Below are positions 53,564-64,000 of a stretch of 64,000 nt of DNA, piece after piece. This DNA comes from an uncultured delta proteobacterium (GTDB taxonomy: Bacteria > Myxococcota_A > Polyangia > Polyangiales > Polyangiaceae). The notes beneath the pieces were generated by a model. The model saw nothing but the letters and a program-made list of their open reading frames with translations. It made no database searches and had not been told where the DNA came from. The stretch is from assembly GCA_963782055.1 (NCBI GenBank), contig CAWAIF010000003.1, forward strand, positions 2,080,001-2,144,000, in the 5' to 3' direction. The translations under genes were made by a program, and so were the position numbers. The first letter of the stretch is position 1. Each line of letters begins with the position of its first letter.

Positions 53564-54528
53564 GGCGCGCGGCCGTCGCCGTGCTCGCCGGCGGGTCGCT
53601 CGCCCTCGCGTCGTTCGCGGCGTGCGACGACGGCGCGGTCCACACCCTCGGCCTGAGCGAGCCGCTGCGCGTGCACGACGCGCAGTTCATCCCAGGCCCG
53701 CTGCCCGGAGCGGCGCCCGACGCCGGGGCGGGGACGGGGCCGCAGATCACCAACGTCACCCTCACCAACCCCACGGTGCTGCCCGGCCAGGCGGGCAAGG
53801 CGATCAACGGGCGCGCGAAGGACTCCGCCAGCGCCGTGGGCCTGCGCTTCGCCGACATGGGGTCCGGCTACTGGGTCGTGCCGATGGGACCGGCGGACAA
53901 CCAGTTCCCCGGCGAGCTCACCTGGCAGGCCATCACCGACGTCAGCCCCCTCGTCGCGAGCGCCCCCGGCTTCCACGAGGTGCGCGCCGTCGCCTTCGAC
54001 GCGCAGGGCAACGCCGGGACCCAGAACGACTTCACGCTTTGCATCGAGCCGGCCATCCCGGACAACGGCGCCACCTGCAATCCGAGCAGGACCCCGCCGG
54101 CCGCGCTCGTCTCCCTCACGTGGGACCCGGGCGTGGACATCGACCTGGTGCTCGTCGGCCCGGGCGGCAAGGTCGTCGACGCCAAGCACCCCACCACGCT
54201 TGGCCCCGACGCCGGGCTGGCCGACGGCGGGCCGGACCCGACCGGCGGCCGGCTCGATCGCGACTCGCTCGCTGGGTGCGTCGAGGACGGCCGCCGGCGC
54301 GAGGACGTCGTCTGGCAGCAGCCCCCCGCCAGCGGCACCACCTACGACGTCTACGCCAACCTCTTCGACGCGTGCGGCGAGGTGAGCGCCTCCTACGTCG
54401 CCACCGTCTACGCCGCGCAGGACGGCCGGCTCACGGCCGTGCAGAGCGCGAAGGGCGGCTTCACCCGGTACGACGCCAACGGCGGCGCGGCCCTCGGCAC
54501 GTACCTGTTCTCGTACTCCTTTCCCTGA
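53560..54528 (+). CDS. Lipoprotein with YfaP/DUF2135-like domain
   Basis: FAAC lipobox; SLTWD..VDIDL...LDRDS..C...EDVVW...YDVY. GTGA overlap. Confidence 0.72.
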   Translation: MRRAAVAVLAGGSLALASFAACDDGAVHTLGLSEPLRVHDAQFIPGPLPGAAPDAGAGTGPQITNVTLTNPTVLPGQAGKAINGRAKDSASAVGLRFADMGSGYWVVPMGPADNQFPGELTWQAITDVSPLVASAPGFHEVRAVAFDAQGNAGTQNDFTLCIEPAIPDNGATCNPSRTPPAALVSLTWDPGVDIDLVLVGPGGKVVDAKHPTTLGPDAGLADGGPDPTGGRLDRDSLAGCVEDGRRREDVVWQQPPASGTTYDVYANLFDACGEVSASYVATVYAAQDGRLTAVQSAKGGFTRYDANGGAALGTYLFSYSFP

Positions 54529-54551
54529 CTCCGCATCCCAAGGAGACTCTC

Positions 54552-55259
<708 letters not shown>

Positions 55260-55262
55260 CCG

Positions 55263-55676
55263 ATGGGCGCCGCACTCTCCTCCGGCAACGGCAAGCGCGC
55301 GGGCATCGTCGCCATCAACATCACGCCGATGGTGGACGTCATGCTCGTCCTCCTCGTCATCATGATGGTCTCGGCGACGTACATCGTCTCGCAGAGCCTG
55401 AAGGTCGAGCTCCCCAAGAGCGCCAGCACCGACGACAGCGTCGCCCGCCTGGCGGCGGTGAGCATCGACAAGGACGGCAAGTACTTCTTCAACGAGAAGC
55501 CCGTCACCGAGGCGCAGCTGGTCGCGAAGATGCGCGATGCCAAGGAGGCCGACAAGGACGTCAGCCTGGTGATCAGCGGCGACGCGCACACCTTCCACGG
55601 CAACGTGGTGCACGTCATCGACCTCGCCAAGCAGCAGGGCATCGTCAAGTTCGCCATCAACGTCGAGCGCGAGTAG
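55263..55676 (+). CDS. exbD: ExbD/TolR family protein
   Basis: INITPMVDVMLVLLVIMMV, VELPK, ISGD. Confidence 0.92.
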   Translation: MGAALSSGNGKRAGIVAINITPMVDVMLVLLVIMMVSATYIVSQSLKVELPKSASTDDSVARLAAVSIDKDGKYFFNEKPVTEAQLVAKMRDAKEADKDVSLVISGDAHTFHGNVVHVIDLAKQQGIVKFAINVERE

Positions 55677-55680
55677 GCGG

Positions 55681-56415
55681 ATGCGCAGCAAGCTCCAGCT
55701 GGCCATCGTGAGCGGAAGCCTCACCCTCCACTTCATCGGGTGGGCGTGGGTCGGCCTGCTCGGCAAGGAGCACCACTACGACACCGTCGCCATCGAGCTG
55801 GCGGAGGCGAAGAAGAAGAAGCCGGAGAAGAAGCCGCCGCCGCCCCCGCCGGTGGAGGTGAAGCCGGAGAAGAAGAAGGCCAAGATGCTGCCGAAGCCGG
55901 TGGTGAAGCAGGCCGCGCCGCCGCCCCCGCCGGAGGCGCCGCCACCGCCGAGTCACCCCGGCAAGGGCGGCGACGACATGTCCGGCTTCCAGGACCTCGG
56001 CCTGAGCCTGAGCGGCGGCACCGGCAGCGACGGCATCGCGGTGCCTGCGGGCGGCGGCGGGGCAGGGGGCGCGCCGGCGCCGAAGCCCGCCCCGACGCAC
56101 AGGAAGGTGGAGCGCCTCGCGGCGCCGGCCGACGACTGCACCGAGGATCTCGTCAAGCCGAAGCTGCTCCACCCGGTGCAGCCCGCGTACACGCAACAGG
56201 CTCGCCAGGCCAACGCCGAGGGCTTCGTGCAGCTCGAGCTCACCATCGACGCCAGCGGCCGCGTGGTGGCGGTGAAGGTCCTCAGGAGCCTCGGCTTCGG
56301 GCTGGACGAGGCGGCCATCTCCGCGGCGAAGCAGTGGACGTTCGCGCCCGCGACGCGCTGCGGGAAGGCCGTGCCCACCACCGTCAAGCCCAGGGTGCGC
56401 TTCACGCTGTCATGA
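55681..56415 (+). CDS. tonB: TonB-family energy transducer
   Basis: TM helix containing SLTLH, Pro/Lys-rich spacer and TonB_C domain (PAYTQQAR..EGFV...GLDEAAI.A.KQW.FAPA). Confidence 0.88.
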   Translation: MRSKLQLAIVSGSLTLHFIGWAWVGLLGKEHHYDTVAIELAEAKKKKPEKKPPPPPPVEVKPEKKKAKMLPKPVVKQAAPPPPPEAPPPPSHPGKGGDDMSGFQDLGLSLSGGTGSDGIAVPAGGGGAGGAPAPKPAPTHRKVERLAAPADDCTEDLVKPKLLHPVQPAYTQQARQANAEGFVQLELTIDASGRVVAVKVLRSLGFGLDEAAISAAKQWTFAPATRCGKAVPTTVKPRVRFTLS

Positions 56416-59072
56416 GGCTCGCGCGAAGGGCATCGGTGTGGTTCGCGTGCGTCGCGCTCGCCGGCGCGGGCGCCACCGCGCGCGCGCAGGACCTCTCCGG
56501 CGAGACGCACGTCGGCCCGGAGAAGCGGGTGATCGTCCCGCCGAAGCTCCAGAGGTTCGTCGAGGCCGCCTACCCGCAGGACAGGAAGGCGGCGGGCGTC
56601 CAGGCGACGGTCACCCTGCAGATCGGCATCGACGAGACGGGCGCGGTCGCCGCGGTGAAGGTGCTGGGGTCCGCGGGGCCGGACTTCGACGCGGCGGCGG
56701 TCGCGGCGGCGAAGCAGTTCGTCTTCGCCCCGGCCACGGTGAACGGCAAGGCGGTGCCGGTGAAGATCACCTACCGCTACCAGTTCGTCATCCGGCAGGA
56801 GGTCAAGAAGCCGACCACCGCCGAGATGACCGGACAGGTCGTCGACCGCGGGACCAGCAAGCCCGTGGCGGGCGTCACCGTCGCGCTGGACACTGGCCAG
56901 AACGCGGTGACCGGCGCCGACGGCAAGTTCGTCATCCACGGCGTCGCGCCGGGCAAGCACGGCGTGACCCTCACCGGCGAGAAGCTCACGCCCATCGGCA
57001 CCGAGGAGAGTTTCGAGGCGGGCAAGCAGCTCGACGCCACCTACGACGTGGAGCTGAAGACGGAGAAGGCCCCCGACGACGACAGCGACTTCGAGATCGT
57101 GGTGACCGCCCCGCGGCTGGGCAAGCAGGTGATCTCCACCGAGATCACCGCCAAGGAGGCCACCAAGATCCCCGGCACGCAGGGCGACGTGCTCAAGGTG
57201 GTGGAGAGCATGCCCGGCGTCGCGCGCGCGGCCGTCGGCTCGGGCGCCATCGTGGTGTGGGGCTCCGCCCCGGAGGACACCGGCGTCTACGTCCAGGGCG
57301 TGCGCGTCCCGCGCCTCTATCACGACGGCGGCTACCGCTCGGTGGTCCACGGCGATCTGGTCAAGTCGGTGGAGCTCGTCCCCGGCGGCTACGGCGCGCA
57401 GTACGGCCGCGGCCTTGGAGGCCTCATCACCGTCGCCCTGCGCCCCATGGACGACGACAAGGTGCACGGGTCGGTCAGCGCCGACGTCATCGACGCCGCC
57501 GCCTCGGTGCGCGGGCCCATCGGCGACAAGCTCCACTTCACCCTGGCCGGCCGCAAGGGCTATCTCAAGGAGGTGGTGGAGGGCGTCGGCTCGGCGAGCG
57601 TCGCCGACGTCGTGCCGCTGCCGCAGTTCTGGGACGCGCAAGCGCGCCTGCAGTACGACCTCAGCCCGAAGGAGTCGCTGGAGCTGGGCGGCCTGCTCTC
57701 CTCCGACCAGACCGACTACAACCTGGTCGATCCCGACCCGGCCCAGACCAAGCGCGAGTCGCGTGGGCTGACCTTCGGGCGCGTGTGGGTCCGCTACTCC
57801 AAGGTCACCGAGCACAACGACGCCATCTCGGTGCTCCCGTACTACGGGCGCAACGTCTCCTCGCTCGCCGACAGGTTCGGCGCCACGCCCACCACCCTGG
57901 ACGCCACCGGCGACGTGTTCGGCCTGCGCGCGAGCTACCGCACCCAGCCGGCGAAGTGGCTCACCGTGACGGTCGGCCTGGACTCGGAGGTGACCGCCAG
58001 CACCGTGCGACGGCAGGGCTCGGTCACCTCGCCGGCGCGCGAGGGTGACGTGCACGTCTTCGGTCAGCCGCCGGCCGATCAGGTCAACGTGGACGACTGG
58101 AACACCGTCGTCGGCGGCTTCGCGCCCTTCGTCGAGGCGGACGTGGCGCCGCTGGGCGATCGCCTCCACGTCATCGGGGGCATGCGCCTGGAGCCGTACC
58201 TCGTCTCGGTCTCCAGGTCGCGGCCCATCCGCGGCGACGAGCCCCCGGTCGGCCTCTTCTCGGAGGACACCGCCGTCGAGCCGCGCATCGCCGTCCGCTA
58301 CCAGGTCTCGCCCCGCTTCACCGCGAAGGCCGCCTTCGGCATCTACCACCAGCCCCCCGCGCCCGGCGACCTGTCGGCGGTCTTCGGCAACCCGACCCTC
58401 GGCCTCTCCCTCGGCCGCCACACCCTCGCCGGCGGCGCCTTTCACCTGACCAGGACGCTCTCGCTGGAGGTGACGGGTTTCTACAACGTGATGGAGAGCC
58501 TGGTGGCGCGCAGCAGCTCCCCCGCGCCGGAGCTCGCCAGGGCGCTGGTGCAGGACGGCTCCGGTCGCGCCTACGGCGTCCAGTTCATGCTCCGGCAGGA
58601 GCGCATCGGTCCCTTCTTCGGGTGGCTCAGCTACAGCATCTCGCGCAGCGAGCGGCAGGACGCGCCCGGCCAGCGGTACCGCCTCTTCGACTACGACCAG
58701 ACGCACACCCTCACCGCCGTCGGATCGCTCGACCTGGGCAAGGGGTTCGAGGTCGGCCTGCGCTTCCGCGTCTCCACCGGCTTCCCTCGGACGCCCGTCG
58801 TCGGCTCGTACTACGACGCGCGCACCGACAGCTACCAGCCGCTCTTCGGGGCGAAGAACACCGAGCGCATCCCGGCGTTCGTGCAGCTCGACGCGCGCGT
58901 GGCCAAGACCTTCAAGATCGGCAAGACGGAGGCGGAGGTGTACCTGGACGTGCAGAACGTGACCGACACGTCGAACGCCGAGGAGATCGTCTACGGCTAC
59001 GACTACCGCCAGAGGGCGTACATCACCGGCCTGCCCATCCTGCCGGTCCTGGGGGCGAAATGGTCTTATTGA
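56412..59072 (+). CDS. TonB-dependent receptor with N-terminal TonB_C-like and carboxypeptidase-regulatory-like domains
   Basis: Signal peptide; AAYP...FDAAA..AAKQFVFAPA; TGADGKF; plug domain (PGTQGDVLKVVESMPGV, PGGYGAQYGR..GG); barrel ending LDVQNV..ILPVLGAKWSY. Confidence 0.9.
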   Translation: MRLARRASVWFACVALAGAGATARAQDLSGETHVGPEKRVIVPPKLQRFVEAAYPQDRKAAGVQATVTLQIGIDETGAVAAVKVLGSAGPDFDAAAVAAAKQFVFAPATVNGKAVPVKITYRYQFVIRQEVKKPTTAEMTGQVVDRGTSKPVAGVTVALDTGQNAVTGADGKFVIHGVAPGKHGVTLTGEKLTPIGTEESFEAGKQLDATYDVELKTEKAPDDDSDFEIVVTAPRLGKQVISTEITAKEATKIPGTQGDVLKVVESMPGVARAAVGSGAIVVWGSAPEDTGVYVQGVRVPRLYHDGGYRSVVHGDLVKSVELVPGGYGAQYGRGLGGLITVALRPMDDDKVHGSVSADVIDAAASVRGPIGDKLHFTLAGRKGYLKEVVEGVGSASVADVVPLPQFWDAQARLQYDLSPKESLELGGLLSSDQTDYNLVDPDPAQTKRESRGLTFGRVWVRYSKVTEHNDAISVLPYYGRNVSSLADRFGATPTTLDATGDVFGLRASYRTQPAKWLTVTVGLDSEVTASTVRRQGSVTSPAREGDVHVFGQPPADQVNVDDWNTVVGGFAPFVEADVAPLGDRLHVIGGMRLEPYLVSVSRSRPIRGDEPPVGLFSEDTAVEPRIAVRYQVSPRFTAKAAFGIYHQPPAPGDLSAVFGNPTLGLSLGRHTLAGGAFHLTRTLSLEVTGFYNVMESLVARSSSPAPELARALVQDGSGRAYGVQFMLRQERIGPFFGWLSYSISRSERQDAPGQRYRLFDYDQTHTLTAVGSLDLGKGFEVGLRFRVSTGFPRTPVVGSYYDARTDSYQPLFGAKNTERIPAFVQLDARVAKTFKIGKTEAEVYLDVQNVTDTSNAEEIVYGYDYRQRAYITGLPILPVLGAKWSY

Positions 59073-59083
59073 GGTCCCGGGCG

Positions 59084-60118
59084 GTGAGATCAATCGCTGT
59101 CCTGCTCGCCCTGCTCGCCGGGGGGTGCAAGCCGGACCTGAGCGGGCGCTCCTCGCAGATCACCGGCACGCGCGTGCTCGCGGTGCAGTCCACGCCGGCG
59201 GAGGTGGAGACGCAGGACGCGGTCACCTACGACGCGCTTGTGGTGGACCCCTCCGGAGAGGTCGCGGCGCCGGGGCTCGACTGGGCGTACTGCGCGCTTC
59301 GCAAGCCGCTCGACGAGCTGGACTCGGTCAACCCGGCGTGTTTGCAGGCGTCGGGCGACGGCATCGTGGAGCTGGGCGCCGGCGCCACCGCGTCCGGGAC
59401 AATCCCGCGCGACGCGTGCCGCAACTTCGGGCCGGACGTGCCCTCGGCGAGCCCGGGGCAGCCGCAGGGGAGGCCCGTCGATCCGGACCCGACCGGCGGC
59501 TACTACCAGCCGCTGCGCGTGCTGCTCTCGGCGGGCGACGGCGTGGCCCCCGTCATCGGCACCACGCGCGTCGCGTGCGGCCTCGCCAGCGCCTCGGCGT
59601 CGGACTCCGCCGTCTTCCGGGCGCGCTACCACCCCAACCAGAACCCGTCGGTCCTCTCCGTCACCTCCGCCGCGAGCGGCGGCGCGCCGCTGGGCGAGGA
59701 CGACGCGGACGCGACCCCGGTCACCGCCGGCGCGGCGATCACCCTCACCGTGAGCTGGCCCGACTGCCCGGCGAGCGACGCGTGCGGTGACGGCGTCTGC
59801 GGGGCGGACGAGTCGAAGGCGACGTGCTCCGCCGATTGCACGACGCCGGTGGGCTGCGGCGGCGCCGAGCGCTACGTCTACTACGACCTGGAGCAGCGAG
59901 CGGTGACCGTCGTGCGCGAGTCGATGCGCGTCTCCTGGTTCACCACCGGCGGCGCCTTCGCCTCCGACCGCACCGGCCGTGAGGGATCCGACACCGCCAC
60001 CACCACCTCCGACGTGCTCACCCTCCCCCCCGACCCCGGCCTGGTCCACGGCTGGGTCGTGCTGCGCGACGACCGCGGCGGCGTCGGCTGGAAGCCCTTC
60101 GTCCTGGACGTCAAGTGA
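59084..60118 (+). CDS. Lipoprotein partner of the TonB-dependent receptor
   Basis: LAGGC lipobox; RVLAV..PAE; NQNP; CGDGVC repeat; C-terminal WVVLRDDRGGVGW. Confidence 0.78.
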   Translation: MRSIAVLLALLAGGCKPDLSGRSSQITGTRVLAVQSTPAEVETQDAVTYDALVVDPSGEVAAPGLDWAYCALRKPLDELDSVNPACLQASGDGIVELGAGATASGTIPRDACRNFGPDVPSASPGQPQGRPVDPDPTGGYYQPLRVLLSAGDGVAPVIGTTRVACGLASASASDSAVFRARYHPNQNPSVLSVTSAASGGAPLGEDDADATPVTAGAAITLTVSWPDCPASDACGDGVCGADESKATCSADCTTPVGCGGAERYVYYDLEQRAVTVVRESMRVSWFTTGGAFASDRTGREGSDTATTTSDVLTLPPDPGLVHGWVVLRDDRGGVGWKPFVLDVK

Positions 60119-60128
60119 CGCCTCTTCT

Positions 60129-60168
60129 CCCCCTCTCCACGAAGTGGAGAGGGGGTTGGGGGGTGAGG
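60129..60168. repeat. REP-like hairpin between convergent genes (probable bidirectional terminator)
   Basis: CCCCCTCTCCAC-GAA-GTGGAGAGGGGG followed by TTGGGGGGTGAGG. Confidence 0.7.
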
Positions 60169-60169
60169 C

Positions 60170-60778
60170 CTACAAACTCACCTTCGGCGCGGCCTGCGCC
60201 TCCTGCGACGCGCTGAAGTACTCCCGCTTCTTGAACGGCTTGCCCGTCGCCTTGTTGACGACCTGGCCCCGCACCTTGCCGAGCTCGGCGTTGTAGTCCT
60301 TCACAGCGCCGTTGTACTCGTCGCGCGCCCGGGCGATGCGGTTCTCCGTCCCCTCCAGCTCCACGCGCAGATCGTGGAAGCTCTGGCTGGCCTTGAGGTC
60401 GGGGTAGTTCTCGTTGGCGACCAGCAGGCGCGTCAGCGCGGAGGAGAGCTCCCCCTGCGCCTTGGAGAAGGCCTCCATCTTCTTCGGGTCAGTCAGGTCG
60501 TCGGAGGTGATCTTCATCTGCGTGGCGCTGGCGCGCGCCTCGGTCACCTTGGTGAGGGTGTCCTGCTCGTACTTGGCGGACGCCTTCACGGTGGTCACCA
60601 GGTTGGGGATGAGATCGTAGCGGCGCTGGAGCTGCGTCTGCACGTTGGCCCACTTCTCGTCGCAGTTGGCGTCGAGCTGGACGAGGCGGTCGTAGTTCTG
60701 GCAGCCGGCGACGAGCGAGAGCAGCGCGGCGAGCGCGACGGTGAAGAGCAGCGGGACCGAGAGGCGTGAGCGCTTCAT
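60170..60778 (-). CDS. lemA: LemA family protein
   Basis: WANVQTQLQRRYDLIPNLV, ENYPDLKA, LEGTENRI..AR..YN. Confidence 0.93.
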   Translation of the reverse strand: MKRSRLSVPLLFTVALAALLSLVAGCQNYDRLVQLDANCDEKWANVQTQLQRRYDLIPNLVTTVKASAKYEQDTLTKVTEARASATQMKITSDDLTDPKKMEAFSKAQGELSSALTRLLVANENYPDLKASQSFHDLRVELEGTENRIARARDEYNGAVKDYNAELGKVRGQVVNKATGKPFKKREYFSASQEAQAAPKVSL

Positions 60779-60869
60779 CGCGGCTCAACGTAAGCGCACC
60801 CGGGGCCTCGCGCAATCGGGCCACTCCCGGGCGCGGACGCTTCGTCGGCCGCGTCGTGGGGACGGCCAG

Positions 60870-60896
60870 CCCCTCTCTCCTCGGCGGAGAGAGGGG
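60870..60896. terminator. GC hairpin downstream of the cytochrome gene, related to the 60129 element
   Basis: CCCCTCTCTCC-TCGGC-GGAGAGAGGGG. Confidence 0.55.
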
Positions 60897-60904
60897 CGGC
60901 GCGC

Positions 60905-61459
60905 CTACTTCTTCATGGTGTGGCAGCCGTGGCAGCCGAAGCCCTCGTGCGTCTTGGGGTCGAACGGCTTCTCCCCGAGCATCTGTGCCATCTGCGGCAC
61001 CACCGTCTCCGACATGAACTTCATGGCCTTCGGCTTCTTGGCCTCCAGCTTCTTGAAGCCGTCGGGGGTGGAGGGCAAAACGGGGAGCTTGGGGTTGGGC
61101 ATCTTGAAGGAGCCGTCCTTCACGCCCGCGCCGTGGCACGTCTTGCAGTCGATGTCGCCGAACTCCTTCGCGTTCCAGGACGCGAACTCGGTCTTCATCT
61201 TCGGCAGCACGGTGCTCTTCATGAACTCTCGGCGCTGGTCCTTGCTCATGTCCTTGAAGGCCATGGGCGCCGCCGACGCGGAGGCGCTGGGCGCGGCCGA
61301 CGCGGTGGGGGCGGCGGAAGCGCTCGGCGCCTCCGTCGCGCTGGGCGCCGCCGACGCGCTGGGCGCAGGAGGCGTCTCCACCGGTGTCTGTCCTCCGCCA
61401 CACGCGGCCGCAAGGGCGCCGCCAACCAGCCCGACTACAACGATGAACGAACCTTTCAT
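60905..61459 (-). CDS. Di-heme c-type cytochrome lipoprotein
   Basis: AAGGAG RBS, LAAAC lipobox, (APSASA)n linker, CKTCH and CHGCH. Confidence 0.82.
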   Translation of the reverse strand: MKGSFIVVVGLVGGALAAACGGGQTPVETPPAPSASAAPSATEAPSASAAPTASAAPSASASAAPMAFKDMSKDQRREFMKSTVLPKMKTEFASWNAKEFGDIDCKTCHGAGVKDGSFKMPNPKLPVLPSTPDGFKKLEAKKPKAMKFMSETVVPQMAQMLGEKPFDPKTHEGFGCHGCHTMKK

Positions 61460-61575
61460 GGTCTCTCCTTGGATGCCCCCCTGGCGGGCCCCCGCGTTGC
61501 CTGGGGCGTTGTGCGGGTCCCGTTCGTCGCCTGGCCGACGGGCCGGGCTCGAATCTTCGAAGCGGTCTCGGCGTG

Positions 61576-63552
61576 TCACTCCTCGTTGGCGCGCAGCTTG
61601 GCCAGCACGCTGAAATCCTCCAGCGTGGAGGTGTCGCCCGTCGTCTCGACGGCGCCGGAGGCGATCTCCTTGAGGAGGCGCCGCATGATCTTGCCGCTGC
61701 GCGTCTTGGGGAGGGCGTCGGTGAAGCGGATCTGGTCCGGCCGCGCGAACTTCCCGATCTCCTTGTCGATGTGCACCGCGAGCTTGTCCTTGAGGTCCTT
61801 GACTGCCTGCTGCCCGCTCTTGAGCGTGACGAAGACCACGAGCGCCTGACCCTTCAGGTCGTCCGGCTTGCCGACGGCCGCCGCCTCCGCGACCGCGGGG
61901 TGGCTGACGAGGGCGCTCTCGATCTCGGCGGTGCCGATGCGGTGGCCGGCGACGTTCAGCACGTCGTCGATGCGGCCGACCACCCAGTAGTAGCCGTCGT
62001 GATCGCAGCGCGCACCGTCTCCGGTGAAGTACATGCCCGGGAGCTGCGACCAGTACGCCTCGCGGTAGCGCGCGTCGTCCCCGTAGAGGGTGCGCGCCAT
62101 CGACGGCCAGGGGCGCTTGATGGCGAGCTTGCCGCCGTCGTTGGGGCCGACGGGCGTGCCGTCGTCGTTCACGATGACCGGCTCGCACCCGAAGATGGGG
62201 AGGCCGGTGGAGCCGGGCTTGGAGTAGCAGGCGCCGGGGAGCGTCGTCATCATGATGGCGCCGGTCTCCGTCTGCCACCAGGTGTCGACGATGGGGCACC
62301 GGCCGCCGCCGATGGCAGTGTGGTACCAGACCCACGCCTCCGGGTTGATGGGCTCGCCCACGCTGCCGAGCAGGCGGAGGCTGGAGAGGTCGTGCTGCTT
62401 CGGCCACTCGTCGCCGGCGCGGATGAAGGCGCGGATGGCGGTCGGCGCGGTGTACAGGACGGTGACGCCGTGCCGCTCGATGATGTTCCAGAAGCGGCCC
62501 CAGTCGGGGAAGTTGGGGGCGCCCTCGTACATCAGGCAGGAGGCGCCGCAGGAGAGCGGCCCGTAGACGATGTAGCTGTGGCCGGTGACCCAGCCCACGT
62601 CGGCGGTGCACCAGTACAGGTCGGAGTCCTTCAGGTCGAAGACGTACTTGGTGGTGACGTGCGTCCCGGCGAGGTAGCCCGCCGTCGTGTGCAGCACGCC
62701 CTTCGGCTTCCCGGTGGAGCCGGAGGTGTAGAGGATGAAGAGCGGGTGCTCGGCGTCGAAGGCCTCCGGCTCCTGGGCGCGCTTGAGCGCGGCGCCGCTC
62801 GGCGGGCGGGCGAGGGCGTCGGCCCACCACACGTCGCGCCCCTCCTTCATGATGATGGGGGCGCGGTCCTCGCCGATGCGCTTGAGCACGACGACCTTCT
62901 CGATCGTCGGCGTCGCCTCGAGGGCCTTGTCCGCCATGTTCTTGAGCGGCACCACGTTGCCGCGTCGCCACGCCGCGTCCTGCGTCAGCAGCACCTTCGC
63001 CTTGCAGTCGTTGATGCGGTCGCGCAGGGCCTCCGACGAGAAGCCGCCGAAGACCACGGAGTGCGTCGCCCCGAGGCGCGCGCACGCGAGCATTGCCACC
63101 GCGGCCTCCGGGACCATGCCCATGTAGATGGCGACGCGGTCGCCCGGCGAGACGCCCAGGTCCGCCAGGGCCGCCGCCAGGCGCACCACCTCGCGGTGCA
63201 GCTCGAAGTAGGTCAGCGTGCGGACCTCCCCGGGCTCGCCCTCCCACACGATCGCCGCGCGCGTGCGCGTCGCGGTGCGAAGGTGCCGGTCCAGGCAGCT
63301 CTCGGTGATGTTCAGCTTGGCGCCGACGAAGAACTTCGCGCTGGGCAGGTTCCACTCGGAGAACTTGTCCATCGGCTTGCGCCACACCAGGTCCAGCGTC
63401 TCCTCGCGCCAGAACGCCTCCGGCTGGTCGAGCGACTTGCGGTACAGCGCCTCGTACTGCTCTTTGGAGCGCACGCGCGCGCCGGCGGAGAACGCCTCGC
63501 TGGGGGCGAACCTGCGGTCTTCCTTGAGGTGGGAGACGATGGCGTCGGACAT
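61576..63552 (-). CDS. acs: Acetyl-CoA synthetase (acetate--CoA ligase)
   Basis: [60 protein letters not shown]. Confidence 0.97.
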   Translation of the reverse strand: MSDAIVSHLKEDRRFAPSEAFSAGARVRSKEQYEALYRKSLDQPEAFWREETLDLVWRKPMDKFSEWNLPSAKFFVGAKLNITESCLDRHLRTATRTRAAIVWEGEPGEVRTLTYFELHREVVRLAAALADLGVSPGDRVAIYMGMVPEAAVAMLACARLGATHSVVFGGFSSEALRDRINDCKAKVLLTQDAAWRRGNVVPLKNMADKALEATPTIEKVVVLKRIGEDRAPIIMKEGRDVWWADALARPPSGAALKRAQEPEAFDAEHPLFILYTSGSTGKPKGVLHTTAGYLAGTHVTTKYVFDLKDSDLYWCTADVGWVTGHSYIVYGPLSCGASCLMYEGAPNFPDWGRFWNIIERHGVTVLYTAPTAIRAFIRAGDEWPKQHDLSSLRLLGSVGEPINPEAWVWYHTAIGGGRCPIVDTWWQTETGAIMMTTLPGACYSKPGSTGLPIFGCEPVIVNDDGTPVGPNDGGKLAIKRPWPSMARTLYGDDARYREAYWSQLPGMYFTGDGARCDHDGYYWVVGRIDDVLNVAGHRIGTAEIESALVSHPAVAEAAAVGKPDDLKGQALVVFVTLKSGQQAVKDLKDKLAVHIDKEIGKFARPDQIRFTDALPKTRSGKIMRRLLKEIASGAVETTGDTSTLEDFSVLAKLRANEE

Positions 63553-63702
63553 GGGTCTTTTCCCTTCGAAGGAGGAGCGGCGGCGCGGGGGACGAGCCTC
63601 CCCGCGCGGATGGGCCGCCGAGACTAGCAACGTTGAGCCCGGCGCGCGACCGGCTGTGGAGGGACCGGGCCAAGGGGCCCCCGGACGTTGTATGCTGCAC
63701 CC

Positions 63703-64000
63703 ATGGCTTGGCGTAGGTGGGTGCTGGGGGCGCTGGTGGTGGGGGCCGCGGGGTCCGGCTGCTCGGTGATCGTGGACGGCGCCGAGCACCAGTGCGACAT
63801 CGACGCCGACTGTCAGGCGCGCGGCCTGCCGGCCAACGCCACCTGCAGCCCCGATCACGTCTGCGTGGGGCCCGGTGGCGCGTGCACCACCAACGCCCAG
63901 TGCGGCGCGCAGAACGGTGGGCAGCCGGCCATCTGCCGCGCGTCCGACCACACCTGCGTCCCGCTCCTCTCGTCCGACTGCGAGCGGGTCATCGGCCCGT
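63703..64000 (+). CDS. Cys-rich lipoprotein, N-terminal part (runs off the window edge)
   Basis: Manual translation [34 protein letters not shown]...CVPLLSSDC, with a lipobox and no stop before the edge. Confidence 0.72.
   Translation, partial: MAWRRWVLGALVVGAAGSGCSVIVDGAEHQCDIDADCQARGLPANATCSPDHVCVGPGGACTTNAQCGAQNGGQPAICRASDHTCVPLLSSDCERVIGP

Overview
Very GC-rich, gene-dense bacterial chromosomal window. Gene content points to a myxobacterium, probably Polyangiaceae/Sorangiineae-like (inference from Cys-rich lipoproteins, a PEGA/Ser-Thr kinase module, an MXAN_5187-type protein and IgGFc-binding-domain lipoproteins). About 55 genes. Housekeeping genes: panC, tmk, trxB, lexA, pyk, lysA, gcvT, gcvH, metK, a PII gene, lemA and acs. 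Many secreted or surface proteins are interspersed. One complete IS1380-family element (42710-44364, 14-bp terminal IRs, 5-bp TTGAA duplication) splits one of two paralogous IgGFc-binding-domain lipoprotein genes. pyk carries a +1 frameshift near its 3' end. The best candidate for an undescribed system is a 9-gene operon at 50599-60118: PstS-like binding protein, small lipoprotein, OprO/P-like porin, lipoprotein, ExbB, ExbD, TonB, a TonB-domain-fused TonB-dependent receptor and a lipoprotein. It is preceded by 11-bp-periodic Pho-box-like repeats and has no ABC permease. Also notable: about a dozen apparently leaderless genes, a long inverted repeat plus G-tract upstream of a MarR gene, and DnaA-box and LexA-box-like sites at lexA. 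No rRNA, tRNA or CRISPR array was seen. All family assignments come from recognising motifs by eye; no database search was run.
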